Positions 55,610 through 64,000 of a stretch of DNA of 64,000 nucleotides are shown one piece after another; positions within the stretch are counted from its first letter, which is position 1; the number at the start of each line of letters is the position of its first letter. The notes under the pieces were generated by a model. That model saw nothing but the letters and a program-made list of their open reading frames with translations, had not been told where the DNA came from and did no database searches. A program made the translations under genes and the position numbers. The stretch is from assembly GCA_963814955.1 (NCBI GenBank), contig CAWFEX010000013.1, positions 245,921 through 309,920 of the forward strand, given 5' to 3'. The stretch is from an uncultured Acidobacteriota bacterium (GTDB lineage: Bacteria > Acidobacteriota > Vicinamibacteria > Vicinamibacterales > UBA2999).

Positions 55610-56687
55610 GCGTGTCCAAGTGACTGATGGGAGCGAGCGCAGCCGCCATCCGCGTGCAGGCGTCGTCCCAGGTTGGCAGCAGGTCACGCCTGCGTCGTGC
55701 GCCTTCGGCGAGGGTCGCTCGAAGATGGTCGTCGCGAAGCACACGAGAGAGGGCGTCGGTAAACGCCAGGACGTCTCCCACCGGCACGATCAGCCCGGCG
55801 TCATCACCGACGAGATCCGGGATTGCACCGGCCATCGTCGAGACCACTGGAAGTCCGTGGGCCAATGCCTCGGCGACCGCCATCCCGTAAGTCTCTTGCT
55901 GCGTGGCAAGGACGAAAAGGTCGGCCCGGTCATAGGCACTCGCGAGAGCGGAACGGTCAAGGTCCCCGACAAGCGAAACGCGATCCCCCATGCCGAGCGA
56001 CGCTACCTTTGCCCGGACGCGACCGGCTGTTGCCGGGTCGCGCGTGAGACTGCCGGCGCACGTCAGACGCCACGGCACGTCCCGTGTCGCGCCAAGCGCC
56101 GTAAGCATCAATTCGTGACCCTTTCCTTGATTGAGCGTCGCTACGGTCAAGAGCTCGAGGGTACGAGCGGGGCCATTGTCGGCCGTGACGCGCGAGCCGC
56201 GCGCCAGCGGTGCGGGATCCGTGCCGGGTTCGACGATGACTACACGATTCGGCTCGATGCCGTATTTCGCGATCAGTGGGACTGCGGCTTTGCCTGTGAC
56301 AACGACGAGCGCCGCGGCTCCGAGGGCGCGGCGCTCTCCCTCCTCGAAGCGCGCGGCGGTACTCGCATCGAGGCCTATGGCGGCAGCCAGGGGCTGATGA
56401 ACCAGTGCCACAAGACGCAGACGTGATGCCTCGCGGACGATGATCTCGGGCATGGCGCCGAGGGCCAGGCTGTCGACGATGACGACGGATCCTCCGTCAA
56501 CGGCAGCGAGCACTCGCTCGGCGTGCTGCAGCGCGTCAGGTGTTGGATAAGGAAAGCTCGTGTCGAGCTCGAGAACGTGCACCAGCCAGCCTCGCCGTCG
56601 GAGGCCGTCAACAATCCGCAAATCATAGATATAGCCACCGGTGCGCGTCTCGAGCGGACCCGGCGCAGCAAGGACAACCGACGGCAT
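55602..56687 (-). CDS. GT4-family (GT-B) glycosyltransferase
   Basis: TGGYIYDLRIV N-terminal region. C-terminal ...ETYGMAVAEALAHGLPVVSTMAGAIPDLV (E-x7-E-type region). ATG is 1 nt after the upstream stop. Confidence 0.8.
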   Translation of the reverse strand: MPSVVLAAPGPLETRTGGYIYDLRIVDGLRRRGWLVHVLELDTSFPYPTPDALQHAERVLAAVDGGSVVIVDSLALGAMPEIIVREASRLRLVALVHQPLAAAIGLDASTAARFEEGERRALGAAALVVVTGKAAVPLIAKYGIEPNRVVIVEPGTDPAPLARGSRVTADNGPARTLELLTVATLNQGKGHELMLTALGATRDVPWRLTCAGSLTRDPATAGRVRAKVASLGMGDRVSLVGDLDRSALASAYDRADLFVLATQQETYGMAVAEALAHGLPVVSTMAGAIPDLVGDDAGLIVPVGDVLAFTDALSRVLRDDHLRATLAEGARRRRDLLPTWDDACTRMAAALAPISHLDTRG

Positions 56688-56688
56688 C

Positions 56689-57096
56689 TTATGCCGGTTT
56701 GATTTCGGCCTCGAATGACGCCGACGCGATGTGGGACTCGTGCAGTGTGACGCGGATCCGCTCGAGTTTGGTGCCCCCCGGTCCAAGATCGCCGCGCGCG
56801 ACGGCGGCGACAAGACCGTCGAAGACGACCCGTGCCAGCATCTCTGTCGTGGTGTTGCGGCCGGCGAAGGCCGGAATCTCGTCGAGGTTGCGATAATTCA
56901 AATCGGCGAGCACCCGCCTCAGCACGTCTCCCGCGCGACCTATATCGACCACGATGCCGTCGGCGTCGAGGTTCGGTCGCTTGAGCTCGACGTCCACGAC
57001 ATAGGTGGCTCCGTGAAGTCGCTGTGCGGGGCCGAACACCTGGCCCTTGAAACTGTGGGCAATCATCATGTGGTCACGAACGGTGATGCTGTACAT
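56689..57096 (-). CDS. 6-pyruvoyl-tetrahydropterin synthase/QueD (COG0720) homologue lacking the canonical catalytic residues
   Basis: [16 protein letters not shown]...[16 protein letters not shown]...IVVDIG...LNYRNLDEI aligns with QueD FEAAHRL...HKCGRLHGHSFMVRLE...LDHHYLNDI, with the changes Cys to Ala, HGH to HGA and DH to NY. Confidence 0.7.
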   Translation of the reverse strand: MYSITVRDHMMIAHSFKGQVFGPAQRLHGATYVVDVELKRPNLDADGIVVDIGRAGDVLRRVLADLNYRNLDEIPAFAGRNTTTEMLARVVFDGLVAAVARGDLGPGGTKLERIRVTLHESHIASASFEAEIKPA

Positions 57097-57140
57097 AGGT
57101 CAAAGGGCAAAGGTCAAAAGGCAAAAGGCAAAAGGGCGCC
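57097..57140. repeat. tandem A/G-rich (CU-rich on the coding strand) short repeat
   Basis: AGGTCAAAGGGCAAAGGTCAAAAGGCAAAAGGCAAAAGGGCGCC fills the whole spacer between the dehydrogenase stop and the PTPS-like ATG. Confidence 0.7.
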
Positions 57141-57142
57141 AA

Positions 57143-58119
57143 CTACGAGTATCTGATCCTGTGGCACAACGTGTCGCCTGGCGCCCGGGCGAGCGTTGAC
57201 ATGACGTCCGGAAGCGCCTCGAAGTCGCTCTCGCCCGTAATCAGCACGTCGAGCGCCGGGTTGCGCAGCAGACCGAGGACGAGCTGCATCCGCCGGCGAC
57301 TGTCCCATCGCGGACGCTGTGATGGGGCGACATGACCCACCTGTGAGGACGCGATCGTCAGGCGTTTGGAATGGAATGCGCCTCCGAGCGGCAGCGGCAC
57401 GGTCTGATCGCCAAACCAGCTCAGCTCGACGATTTTGGCTTCAACGGCCGCCACCTGCAGCGCGAGATCAAGGCCGCCCGGCGCGCCGCTCGCGTCGATG
57501 ACGAGGTCGGCCTCGGGACGGGCCGTGTGCGGTTCTGCGAACTGCACCTTCAGAGCCCTGGCGACTTCCGCGCGGCGAGGATTGATGTCGATCAGCTCGA
57601 CGTCGCATCCGGGAATACCCGAAAGGAGCCATGCAACCAGGCATCCGACGGTTCCCGCGCCGATCACCGCGATACGATCGCCGAGGTGCGGCCGGCCGTC
57701 CCAGACTCCGTTGACGGCAGTCTCGAGATTGGCGGCCAGTACCCGCGCGCCCGGGAGGTGTGCCGTCCAGCAGGAGGTGCACGTCCGCGGCTGGGACGAT
57801 GAAGCGAGTTTGGTGGGGATGCAGAACGAACACTGTGCGGCCGACCAGAGTTTCGGGACCGCGTTCGACGCGGCCGACGATCGAATAGCCCGTACTTCAC
57901 GGGGGATGGAAACTCTCCCTGCTGGAACGGTGCGCGCATGCGCTCCCATTCGCTCGGCGGAACACGTCCACCAAACACGATCGCCTCCGTGCCGCGGCTG
58001 ATGCCGCTGTACAGCGCGCGCACGACGACATCGCCCGCGGCCGGCGTCGGCAGTACTTCGTTGCGAATTTCGCCATGTCCTGGTGCGGTGACCCAGAATG
58101 CTCTGGCCTCATCCTGCAT
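57143..58119 (-). pseudogene. MDR-superfamily zinc-type alcohol dehydrogenase, two frame breaks
   Basis: [19 protein letters not shown]...SGISRGTE...PVKYG | [26 protein letters not shown]...PPGRA | [15 protein letters not shown]...[12 protein letters not shown]... lie in three frames. Breaks occur in C-runs at 57889-57891 and 57742-57744. Confidence 0.75.
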
Positions 58120-58133
58120 ACGCCGACATTCTG

Positions 58134-58844
58134 ATGCCGTACACACGCCGTTACAATGTCGTGTTCGTCTCGGGGACCGGAATTACGGCAGGCGTTGCGT
58201 GGATCGTTGGTTCGTCGATCGACGCCGGCGTTGTTTACCCGCTGCAAGCAGCCGCCTTCTTTGCGCTGCTCGTCGTGGCCGTCGTCAGCGTGGCCGGCGC
58301 GGACCATCCGTTCCCGCGCTTCGGACCAGCCAATTACGTGACAACGATCCGGGCGATGCTGGTAGCGCTCGTCGCAGGGTTGGTCGGGCGTTCAGTACCA
58401 CCGGGAGTGCTCTGGGGCGTGATATTAGTGACGGCGCTGGTGGCCGTGCTCGACGGTCTCGACGGCTGGCTTGCGCGCAACACAGGCACGGTCAGCGCGT
58501 ACGGCGCACGATTCGACATGGAAACTGACGCGGCGTTCATCCTCGTCTTGTCGATACTGACGTGGCAGCACGGAAAGGCCGGTTCCTGGGTGCTGCTCTC
58601 CGGGCTCATGCGCTACGCGTTCGTCGCGGCGGGATGGGTGCTTCCATGGCTTGCCAAGCCGCTGCGGGCAACCCGACGCGGCCGGACCGTGGCCGTCATC
58701 CAACTGTTCGGGCTGAGCGTTGCGCTCGCCCCGATTGTTTCCCCGCCGGCCAGCGATGTGGCGGCTCTCATCTCGCTGGCTGCCCTCGTGTGGTCGTTCG
58801 GCATTGACGTCGCGTGGCTGTCGCGCCAATACCGCACGTCGTAG
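58134..58844 (+). CDS. CDP-alcohol phosphatidyltransferase family protein
   Basis: Exact signature D-G-x2-A-R-x8-G-x3-D-x3-D in [23 protein letters not shown]. Multi-TM. Start uncertain (only 15 nt from the divergent dehydrogenase start). Confidence 0.8.
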   Translation: MPYTRRYNVVFVSGTGITAGVAWIVGSSIDAGVVYPLQAAAFFALLVVAVVSVAGADHPFPRFGPANYVTTIRAMLVALVAGLVGRSVPPGVLWGVILVTALVAVLDGLDGWLARNTGTVSAYGARFDMETDAAFILVLSILTWQHGKAGSWVLLSGLMRYAFVAAGWVLPWLAKPLRATRRGRTVAVIQLFGLSVALAPIVSPPASDVAALISLAALVWSFGIDVAWLSRQYRTS

Positions 58845-58853
58845 GAGCGAAGC

Positions 58854-59303
58854 ATGTCCATCGTGTCACGGCTTGGATCGCCCGCCGGCGCACTGCGAAT
58901 TCTGTCGGTGGCGCTCGGTGTGTTCCTGATCTTCATGGCGCTCGACAAGATTGAGTGGCTGAGCGACAGCACGATGCTGACGCGGCGCCTTCAAGAGTGG
59001 CGCGGCATGGTTCGTCCGCTGGCCCGCTGGTACCTCGATACGGTCGCGATTCCCGGAGCTCCCGTATTTGCGCGCGTGGTGGTGCTGGCCGAGCTGGCCT
59101 CAGGGACCGCGTTGATCCTGGGAGTAAAAATACGCCTGGCCGCCGCGTTGGCGTTTCTGATGGTGCTCAACTTCCATCTCGCCAGCGATCTCGTCTTCCG
59201 TTACAGCTATTTGATCAACGCCTACGGGCTGCCGATCCTCGGTGGCCTGCTGGCCCTGGCTGTCGGCGGAACCCGGTTGCCGTTCAGCGTGTCCCGAAGC
59301 TAG
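58854..59303 (+). CDS. DoxX-like membrane protein
   Basis: 149 aa with four hydrophobic segments in the DoxX pattern (LRILSVALGVFLIFMALDKI...; ...ELASGTALILGV). Confidence 0.55.
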   Translation: MSIVSRLGSPAGALRILSVALGVFLIFMALDKIEWLSDSTMLTRRLQEWRGMVRPLARWYLDTVAIPGAPVFARVVVLAELASGTALILGVKIRLAAALAFLMVLNFHLASDLVFRYSYLINAYGLPILGGLLALAVGGTRLPFSVSRS

Positions 59304-61000
59304 TGCGTTCGTTCGTAGTGTCCGGCTTCAGCCGGACCGTCGTGAGCGCGTCGAAGGGCGGCTTCAGCCGGACCGTGCGAGCCTCGGGTGCGTCGAAGGC
59401 GTCGAGCAGCATCGACGTCAGTTCGTGCATCGCACCGATCGATGGACGTTGCGGTTGCAGACCCTCATGGAATCCCGCATCGCGCAGCCGGTGAAGCACA
59501 GGGTCGCGGCGGCCAATCACGTGCACGGGCACGCGCCACGGCGCATCCTTCCCGCTCACGGCGGCGGGCGGCTGATGGTCGCCAATCACGATCAACAGCG
59601 GGTCGTCTGACTGCTCGCGCACGTAGCCCGCGAGCGACGTGTACTCATAAGCCATGGCGCGCACGTAGCTCGGCGCGAGGTTCGACAGGTCCGGACTGAC
59701 AGCCATGGCGCGCGCCACATCACCTTTGTCATAGGCATCCCTCGTCAACATCCGCGACCAGGCTGGCTGATACGGCGGCACCGGGCCGAACGGGGCATGT
59801 GTGGTGCTCGTGGGAAAAACGACGAATACGGGAGCGCGAGTGGATTGGCGCCGCTCGAGCGTGTCGAGCCGGGCCAGCGCGTACTGATCCGGAATGCTCC
59901 ACCACCCGAACTGCGGACCCTCATAGTCGAGGTCATCGCGGCCGTAGATCACGTCGAAACCGTAAAAGGCTCCTTCGGGCCAGGCTTGCCGCATACCGGG
60001 CATCAGTGCCACGGTGCGATACCCTCGTCTGGCGAAGTTCGTGATGATCGTGTTCCGCCGCGACGCCATCAGGGAGGTATAGGCGTACTGGTCGCGCACT
60101 TCCACGCCCGACAGCAGGCTCAGGTGCGCCAGCCACGAGGAGCCGCCGAAGGTGGGGGAGTCCACGTAGGCCGAGACCACCTGACGCCCGGAATCACGAA
60201 TGGCGGCCTCGAATTCGGCGCGGCTGGCAGCGAGCCCCGCCGAAATTTCCGCCGTCTCGTATGCGATGGCGCCGTACAACTCGACGAAGATGAGCAACAC
60301 GTCCACGCCCGTGATGGCCCGAAGGCCGGTGTCGAGCGCGGGACTCGGTCCGAGCGGCGCGGCCGCCGCACCGGCGCCAAACATCCCCAGCGCGTAGCGC
60401 GCCTGGCGCGCGTAGGCTGGCGTCACCGGGTTGGCAAATGTCACGTCAAACGGGGATCCGCCCGCGAACCGCTCACCGGCGAAGAGGACGAGGGCAATCG
60501 CGCCCAGTGCCCCAAGCGTCAATCGGTACTGGTCGACTTGCCATCGCCAGGGCGACCTGGCCAAGAGCGAGGCGAGCGACGACGTAGGCCACGGCAAACG
60601 CCAGCACCGTTACGGTCGCGACAGTGGCAATCAACCACCAGGGGGCGGCCCGTGCAAGCATCGCTGCGACATTGCCCAGATGCTGGGAGTCCCAGTACAG
60701 ATTGAACTCCCGTCCATAAAGGCCGGGAGCGGTCACGTCGAGATAGTGTCCGGCGACGAGCGCCACCCAGATTGCCGGCAACAGCCGCCGCGCCAGCGCC
60801 GGAGCGCGCCGATAGGCGAGGGTCAGCAGCAGCACGCACACGGCCAGCTCGACTGACAGGGCGGCGCCCCACGCAATCTTCGGTGTGGGCCACACGTTTT
60901 CGAACGTGAGGGAGGCGTTCAGGACGATTAGCGACAGGACGAGGAGTAACCCGTCACGGAGCGTTGCCGCGAACCGCCGTCGTTCACGTATCTGGGTCAC
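59284..61000 (-). pseudogene. LtaS/phosphoglycerol-transferase-like sulfatase-fold membrane protein, one frame break at about 60538
   Basis: Four TM segments in frame a (60473..61000) and a fifth TM plus sulfatase-like ectodomain in frame b (...LTLGALGAIALVLFAG...DSPTFGGSSWLAHLSLLSG...). Deleting one A (TT at 60538-60539 on the plus strand) gives ...LAMAVDQYRLTLG.... Confidence 0.65.
59314..59385. repeat. REP hairpins, family 2
   Basis: CGTAGTGTCCGGCTTCAGCCGGACCGTCGTGAGCGCGTCGAAGGGCGGCTTCAGCCGGACCGTGCG. Lies inside the 3' end of the minus-strand ORF 59284..60597. Confidence 0.75.
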
Positions 61001-61005
61001 TTTCT

Positions 61006-61653
61006 TTAGACCGACGAGAGAAGGTGTCCGAGCTTCTCCTTCTTGGTCTTCAGGTATCGCGTGGTGGACGCTGTCGGCGGGATTTCAATCGGAAGCCGCT
61101 CACTTACCGACAATCCGTCGCCCGTCAGGCCCGCGAGCTTCCTTGGATTGTTGCTGAGCAGACGCGTCGACTTCACGCCGAGATGGCGCAGCATGCCGAA
61201 CGCGGCGCGATAGTCCCGGCCGTCGGCGGAGAAGCCGAGCCGCTCGTTCGCCTCAACAGTATCGACGCCCTGGTCTTGCAGGGCGTAGGCGCGAATCTTG
61301 TTCGCCAGCCCGATGCCGCGCCCTTCCTGATCGAGATAGAGCAGTACGCCGCTCCCGTTCTCGACGATTTGATCCATCGCCGTGTGCAACTGCGGGCCGC
61401 AATCACAGCGCGCGGAATGGAAGAGGTCGCCCGTCAGGCAGGCCGAGTGCACGCGCGTGAGCACGTTCTCTCCGTTGCCGATGTCCCCGCGGACGAGCGC
61501 CACATGGGTTTTTGTGGAGAAAACGCTCTTGAATACGTGAATGTCGAACTCACCGTGATCTGTCGGAAGCTTTGCCGAAGCGACGCACCGCACCTGTGGC
61601 AGGCGAAGCAGCGCAGCAATGGAGGTCAGCGTACTGCGGAACCATGAAGTCAC
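61006..61653 (-). CDS. ribA: GTP cyclohydrolase II (monofunctional)
   Basis: RVHSACLTGDLFHSARCDCGPQL (zinc Cys triad) and YLDQEGRGIGLANKIRAYALQDQGVDTVEAN are near-identical in pattern to E. coli RibA. No RibB domain. Confidence 0.9.
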   Translation of the reverse strand: MTSWFRSTLTSIAALLRLPQVRCVASAKLPTDHGEFDIHVFKSVFSTKTHVALVRGDIGNGENVLTRVHSACLTGDLFHSARCDCGPQLHTAMDQIVENGSGVLLYLDQEGRGIGLANKIRAYALQDQGVDTVEANERLGFSADGRDYRAAFGMLRHLGVKSTRLLSNNPRKLAGLTGDGLSVSERLPIEIPPTASTTRYLKTKKEKLGHLLSSV

Positions 61654-61736
61654 AAGGGAATCCCCAAAAGCATTGATTGTGGCGTGATCCGTGATCGTAG
61701 GTGCGGATGAAAAACCTTGTCAAACCGGCGACGAGC

Positions 61737-62513
61737 TCAGCGCGCAGATACCGGCTGCAGCCCGGCTCGCGTCAGCGCTTCGCGAGCCTCCGCGCCGGTC
61801 AGCGTCCGCAGGAAGGCGCGAGCCGCGTCGCCGCTGACGGCGCTGGTGGGGATGGCTGCCACATAGATAGTCGGCAACTGAATGGCCGCAGGCAGAGTGC
61901 CGGCGACTTTCACACCCTTATTCGGTTGCAGCTCGCTCGTAAACGAGATACCGAGCTCTGCCTCGCCCTTGGCGACCGCGTCTGCGACTTCAGACCCCTG
62001 CGTTCGATAGACGATCTTCGGTTTCATTGCTTCCGCGATACCCAACCGCTGAAGGAGGCCTTCCATATACGTTCCGGACGTTCCGCCTGACGCCGGACTC
62101 ACATAAGAAACCGAGCGGGCCTTGAGCAGCGCGGCCTTGAAGGCGTCGGGCGTCGAAAGATCGGGCGAGGGTGCTCCCGCCCGCACGCCAACACCAATCA
62201 ACGCGCGCGCCAGATCGACCCGGCTTCCGGCGACAATGAGATTCTGCTTTTGCAGCGCGTCCATGCCGGGACTGGCAAGGACGACGACATCGGCTTTCTC
62301 GCCGCTGGCCAATCGTTTCTGCAGTGCGCCCGTGGTGTCGCTCACGTAGACGAGCCGGTTACCCGAGCTGCGGGTGAACGCGGCGCCGGCCTCCTTGATG
62401 GGTTCTGTCACCGCCCCGCCGACCAGCACTCTGAGCTCGGTCTGCGCGAACGCAAACGCGGGCAGCAGGATCAGCCAGATGAACGCAACACTCGTACTCA
62501 ATACTTGACGCAT
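61737..62513 (-). CDS. periplasmic substrate-binding protein, ModA-like (molybdate/tungstate-type PBP2 fold)
   Basis: Signal MRQVLSTSVAFIWLILLPAFAFAQ. LRVLVGGAVTEPIKEAG..F....G..L.......TGAL.KRL.SGEKADVV.LAS pattern. No adjacent permease or ATPase. Confidence 0.6.
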   Translation of the reverse strand: MRQVLSTSVAFIWLILLPAFAFAQTELRVLVGGAVTEPIKEAGAAFTRSSGNRLVYVSDTTGALQKRLASGEKADVVVLASPGMDALQKQNLIVAGSRVDLARALIGVGVRAGAPSPDLSTPDAFKAALLKARSVSYVSPASGGTSGTYMEGLLQRLGIAEAMKPKIVYRTQGSEVADAVAKGEAELGISFTSELQPNKGVKVAGTLPAAIQLPTIYVAAIPTSAVSGDAARAFLRTLTGAEAREALTRAGLQPVSAR

Positions 62514-62583
62514 CAGATTGTCTCCCTCGATCGTTGCGTGTCTCGTCCCGGGCGATCCTTCACATCCGTCGCGGCCGGTCATC

Positions 62584-63969
62584 TCAAGGTGCAGCGACCG
62601 GCGCCGGTGCGGGTGCGCCGCGGGGTGGAGGCTTCGGCACGTCGGGAATATTCACGTAGGTGCTCTGGTAGCGAACCGGTCTTCCTTGCTCATCGAGCCA
62701 GTTGAGGGACTCGTTGAAGGCCACCGGCGGCGGGTCGCCACGCGGCACGGTCGCCTCGACGATCACGAGGCGGTTCTCGTGCATATAGATCGACGCGAAA
62801 GTGCGTGACTGGTCGGCGGTGTTGGTGAGTCGCATTTCGACCCCCTGAACGAGGGCGATGCCGTTCCAGCTGAGCGTCGTTATTTTGGCGTCGCGTTCGG
62901 CGAACTTCGATATCGCGTAGAGCGTCGCGCCGCGTATGTCGGTCTTCCAGTAACCGACGCCCCAGTCGGCGATGCCTTGACAGGTGTTTGCGCCCGGCGG
63001 ACACGACCGCGATCGCTCCACCAGCAGACGTTCGGTGGGGTTGTAATCGACCACCGTAGCAGAGTAGCGGGTGGAACCCTTGACCGCCGCGTACACACGC
63101 GCCGGGAGGGCAGCGCCGTACTGGGAGAACCAGGTCGTGTCGGTGACCACGGGCCTTGCAGGGAACGTGAGAGTGAATCGTTCCTCCTGGCTGACAACCT
63201 CTGCCCACTCATCGGCGGCATTGCCGGCAGCAGCGCCGGGAACGATGCGGGTCTCATCCAGTTTTTGAGGTGCCGGCAAGCGGTTCGTGGGGTCGATGGT
63301 TGTCTTCAGCGTGTTGCTGTCCGCCCCATGTGCGTCGGCGACGCGCACCTGAAGGTCGCACTTCGCAGCCGACGCCGTGCCTGAACCCGTGGTGGGATAC
63401 GGGAGGACAGCTTGTACGCGACCTCCGGAAACCGTGCCGCGCACGACTCCGGGCAGCGGCATATCGCCACACGCGACCGTGAACCAGACGTGAGGTGCGG
63501 GGCCAAGATCGCCTGACGCATCGGTGGCCGCCACTTCCAGGTGAAGCGCGGGCGGGTTCGGTCGCATGCCGAGAAGGCGCAGGTCCGCGATGCGCGGTAC
63601 GTGGGACGGAATCATCAGAGCGGTAGGGAGAGTGCGCCCCGCCGGCAGTTGCACCACCAGCGCACGCTCGCCGGGTTTGGCGTCCCCGGTCACCTCAATC
63701 GCGATAGAAAACCAGGTGAGGGCCCCCTGAAACGTCTCGCCTCGCGTGACGCTCGAGACAGAGACGCCCTGGGACGGCGAGATTTCGGCGCTTTGAATAT
63801 CGTCGCGCGTCGCAATGACAACATTGACGAGGGTGGTCTGCCCGAGGGGGAGCTGGCGTGGATAAGCGTTCTCGATTCTGAGCTGCTGGGCTTGGGCCAA
63901 CTCGGCGCCCAGGCAGAGATACGAGACGACGGCGACTCCAAGGGTGAGGGACCGAATACTCCGGCGCAT
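62584..63969 (-). CDS. secreted multi-domain protein; the C-terminal 200 aa are paralogous to 39026..39769
   Basis: Signal MRRSIRSLTLGVAVVSYLCLGAELAQAQ. Beta-rich N-terminal half. C-terminal ERFTLTFPARPVVTDTTWFSQYGAALPARVY...SCPPGANTCQG...ERDAKITTLSWNGIALVQGVEMRLTNTADQSRTFASIYMHENRLVI. Confidence 0.7.
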   Translation of the reverse strand: MRRSIRSLTLGVAVVSYLCLGAELAQAQQLRIENAYPRQLPLGQTTLVNVVIATRDDIQSAEISPSQGVSVSSVTRGETFQGALTWFSIAIEVTGDAKPGERALVVQLPAGRTLPTALMIPSHVPRIADLRLLGMRPNPPALHLEVAATDASGDLGPAPHVWFTVACGDMPLPGVVRGTVSGGRVQAVLPYPTTGSGTASAAKCDLQVRVADAHGADSNTLKTTIDPTNRLPAPQKLDETRIVPGAAAGNAADEWAEVVSQEERFTLTFPARPVVTDTTWFSQYGAALPARVYAAVKGSTRYSATVVDYNPTERLLVERSRSCPPGANTCQGIADWGVGYWKTDIRGATLYAISKFAERDAKITTLSWNGIALVQGVEMRLTNTADQSRTFASIYMHENRLVIVEATVPRGDPPPVAFNESLNWLDEQGRPVRYQSTYVNIPDVPKPPPRGAPAPAPVAAP

Positions 63970-64000
63970 GAAACACCCCCGCTGTTATTCGACGCAAACC

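Noticed and set aside
55116-56426. 436-aa plus-strand ORF across the methyltransferase and GT4 genes
   Set aside because: Shadow ORF spanning two well-supported minus-strand genes.

Overview
High-GC (about 65%) bacterial chromosomal segment. Gene content and repeat families suggest a soil Acidobacteriota-like organism, but that is inference only. I support about 60 protein-coding genes, one riboswitch and several families of short palindromic or MITE-like intergenic repeats. I saw no rRNA, tRNA, CRISPR array, integrase or transposase. Layout by position: (1) 0-4.3 kb holds four paralogs of an uncharacterised secreted protein family, a small AHHS-motif secreted protein and a GNAT. (2) 4.5-24 kb is a mixed region: two MBL hydrolases (one with an EF-hand pair), glpK, an NHL propeller, an EEP nuclease/phosphatase, a TIR-TM-helical-repeat protein, an ABC exporter, a GT-C membrane protein, a MATE + P450 pair and a CHASE hybrid kinase. 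(3) 24.5-27.6 kb is a translationally coupled FecR / OmpA-like / CHASE2-HD-GYP operon. (4) 27.8-31 kb has DUF763 divergent from a second TIR-TM protein. (5) 36-39 kb has bactofilin plus REC-GGDEF-EAL. (6) 41-52 kb is a K+ homeostasis island: a stand-alone KdpD N-terminal/USP protein, kdpF-A-C-B, kdpE, a frame-disrupted kdpD kinase half, and a c-di-AMP (ydaO-type) riboswitch in front of kup. (7) 51.9-61.7 kb is an 11-gene locus that I consider the best candidate for an undescribed system. It combines GTP cyclohydrolase II, a RibD-C reductase and a HAD phosphatase with a PTPS homologue that lacks its catalytic residues, plus MDR dehydrogenase, GT4, methyltransferase, CDP-alcohol phosphatidyltransferase, DoxX and LtaS-like sulfatase genes. 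At least ten reading-frame breaks occur, nine of them in the 42-61 kb half. I cannot tell real pseudogenes from indel errors using the sequence alone.
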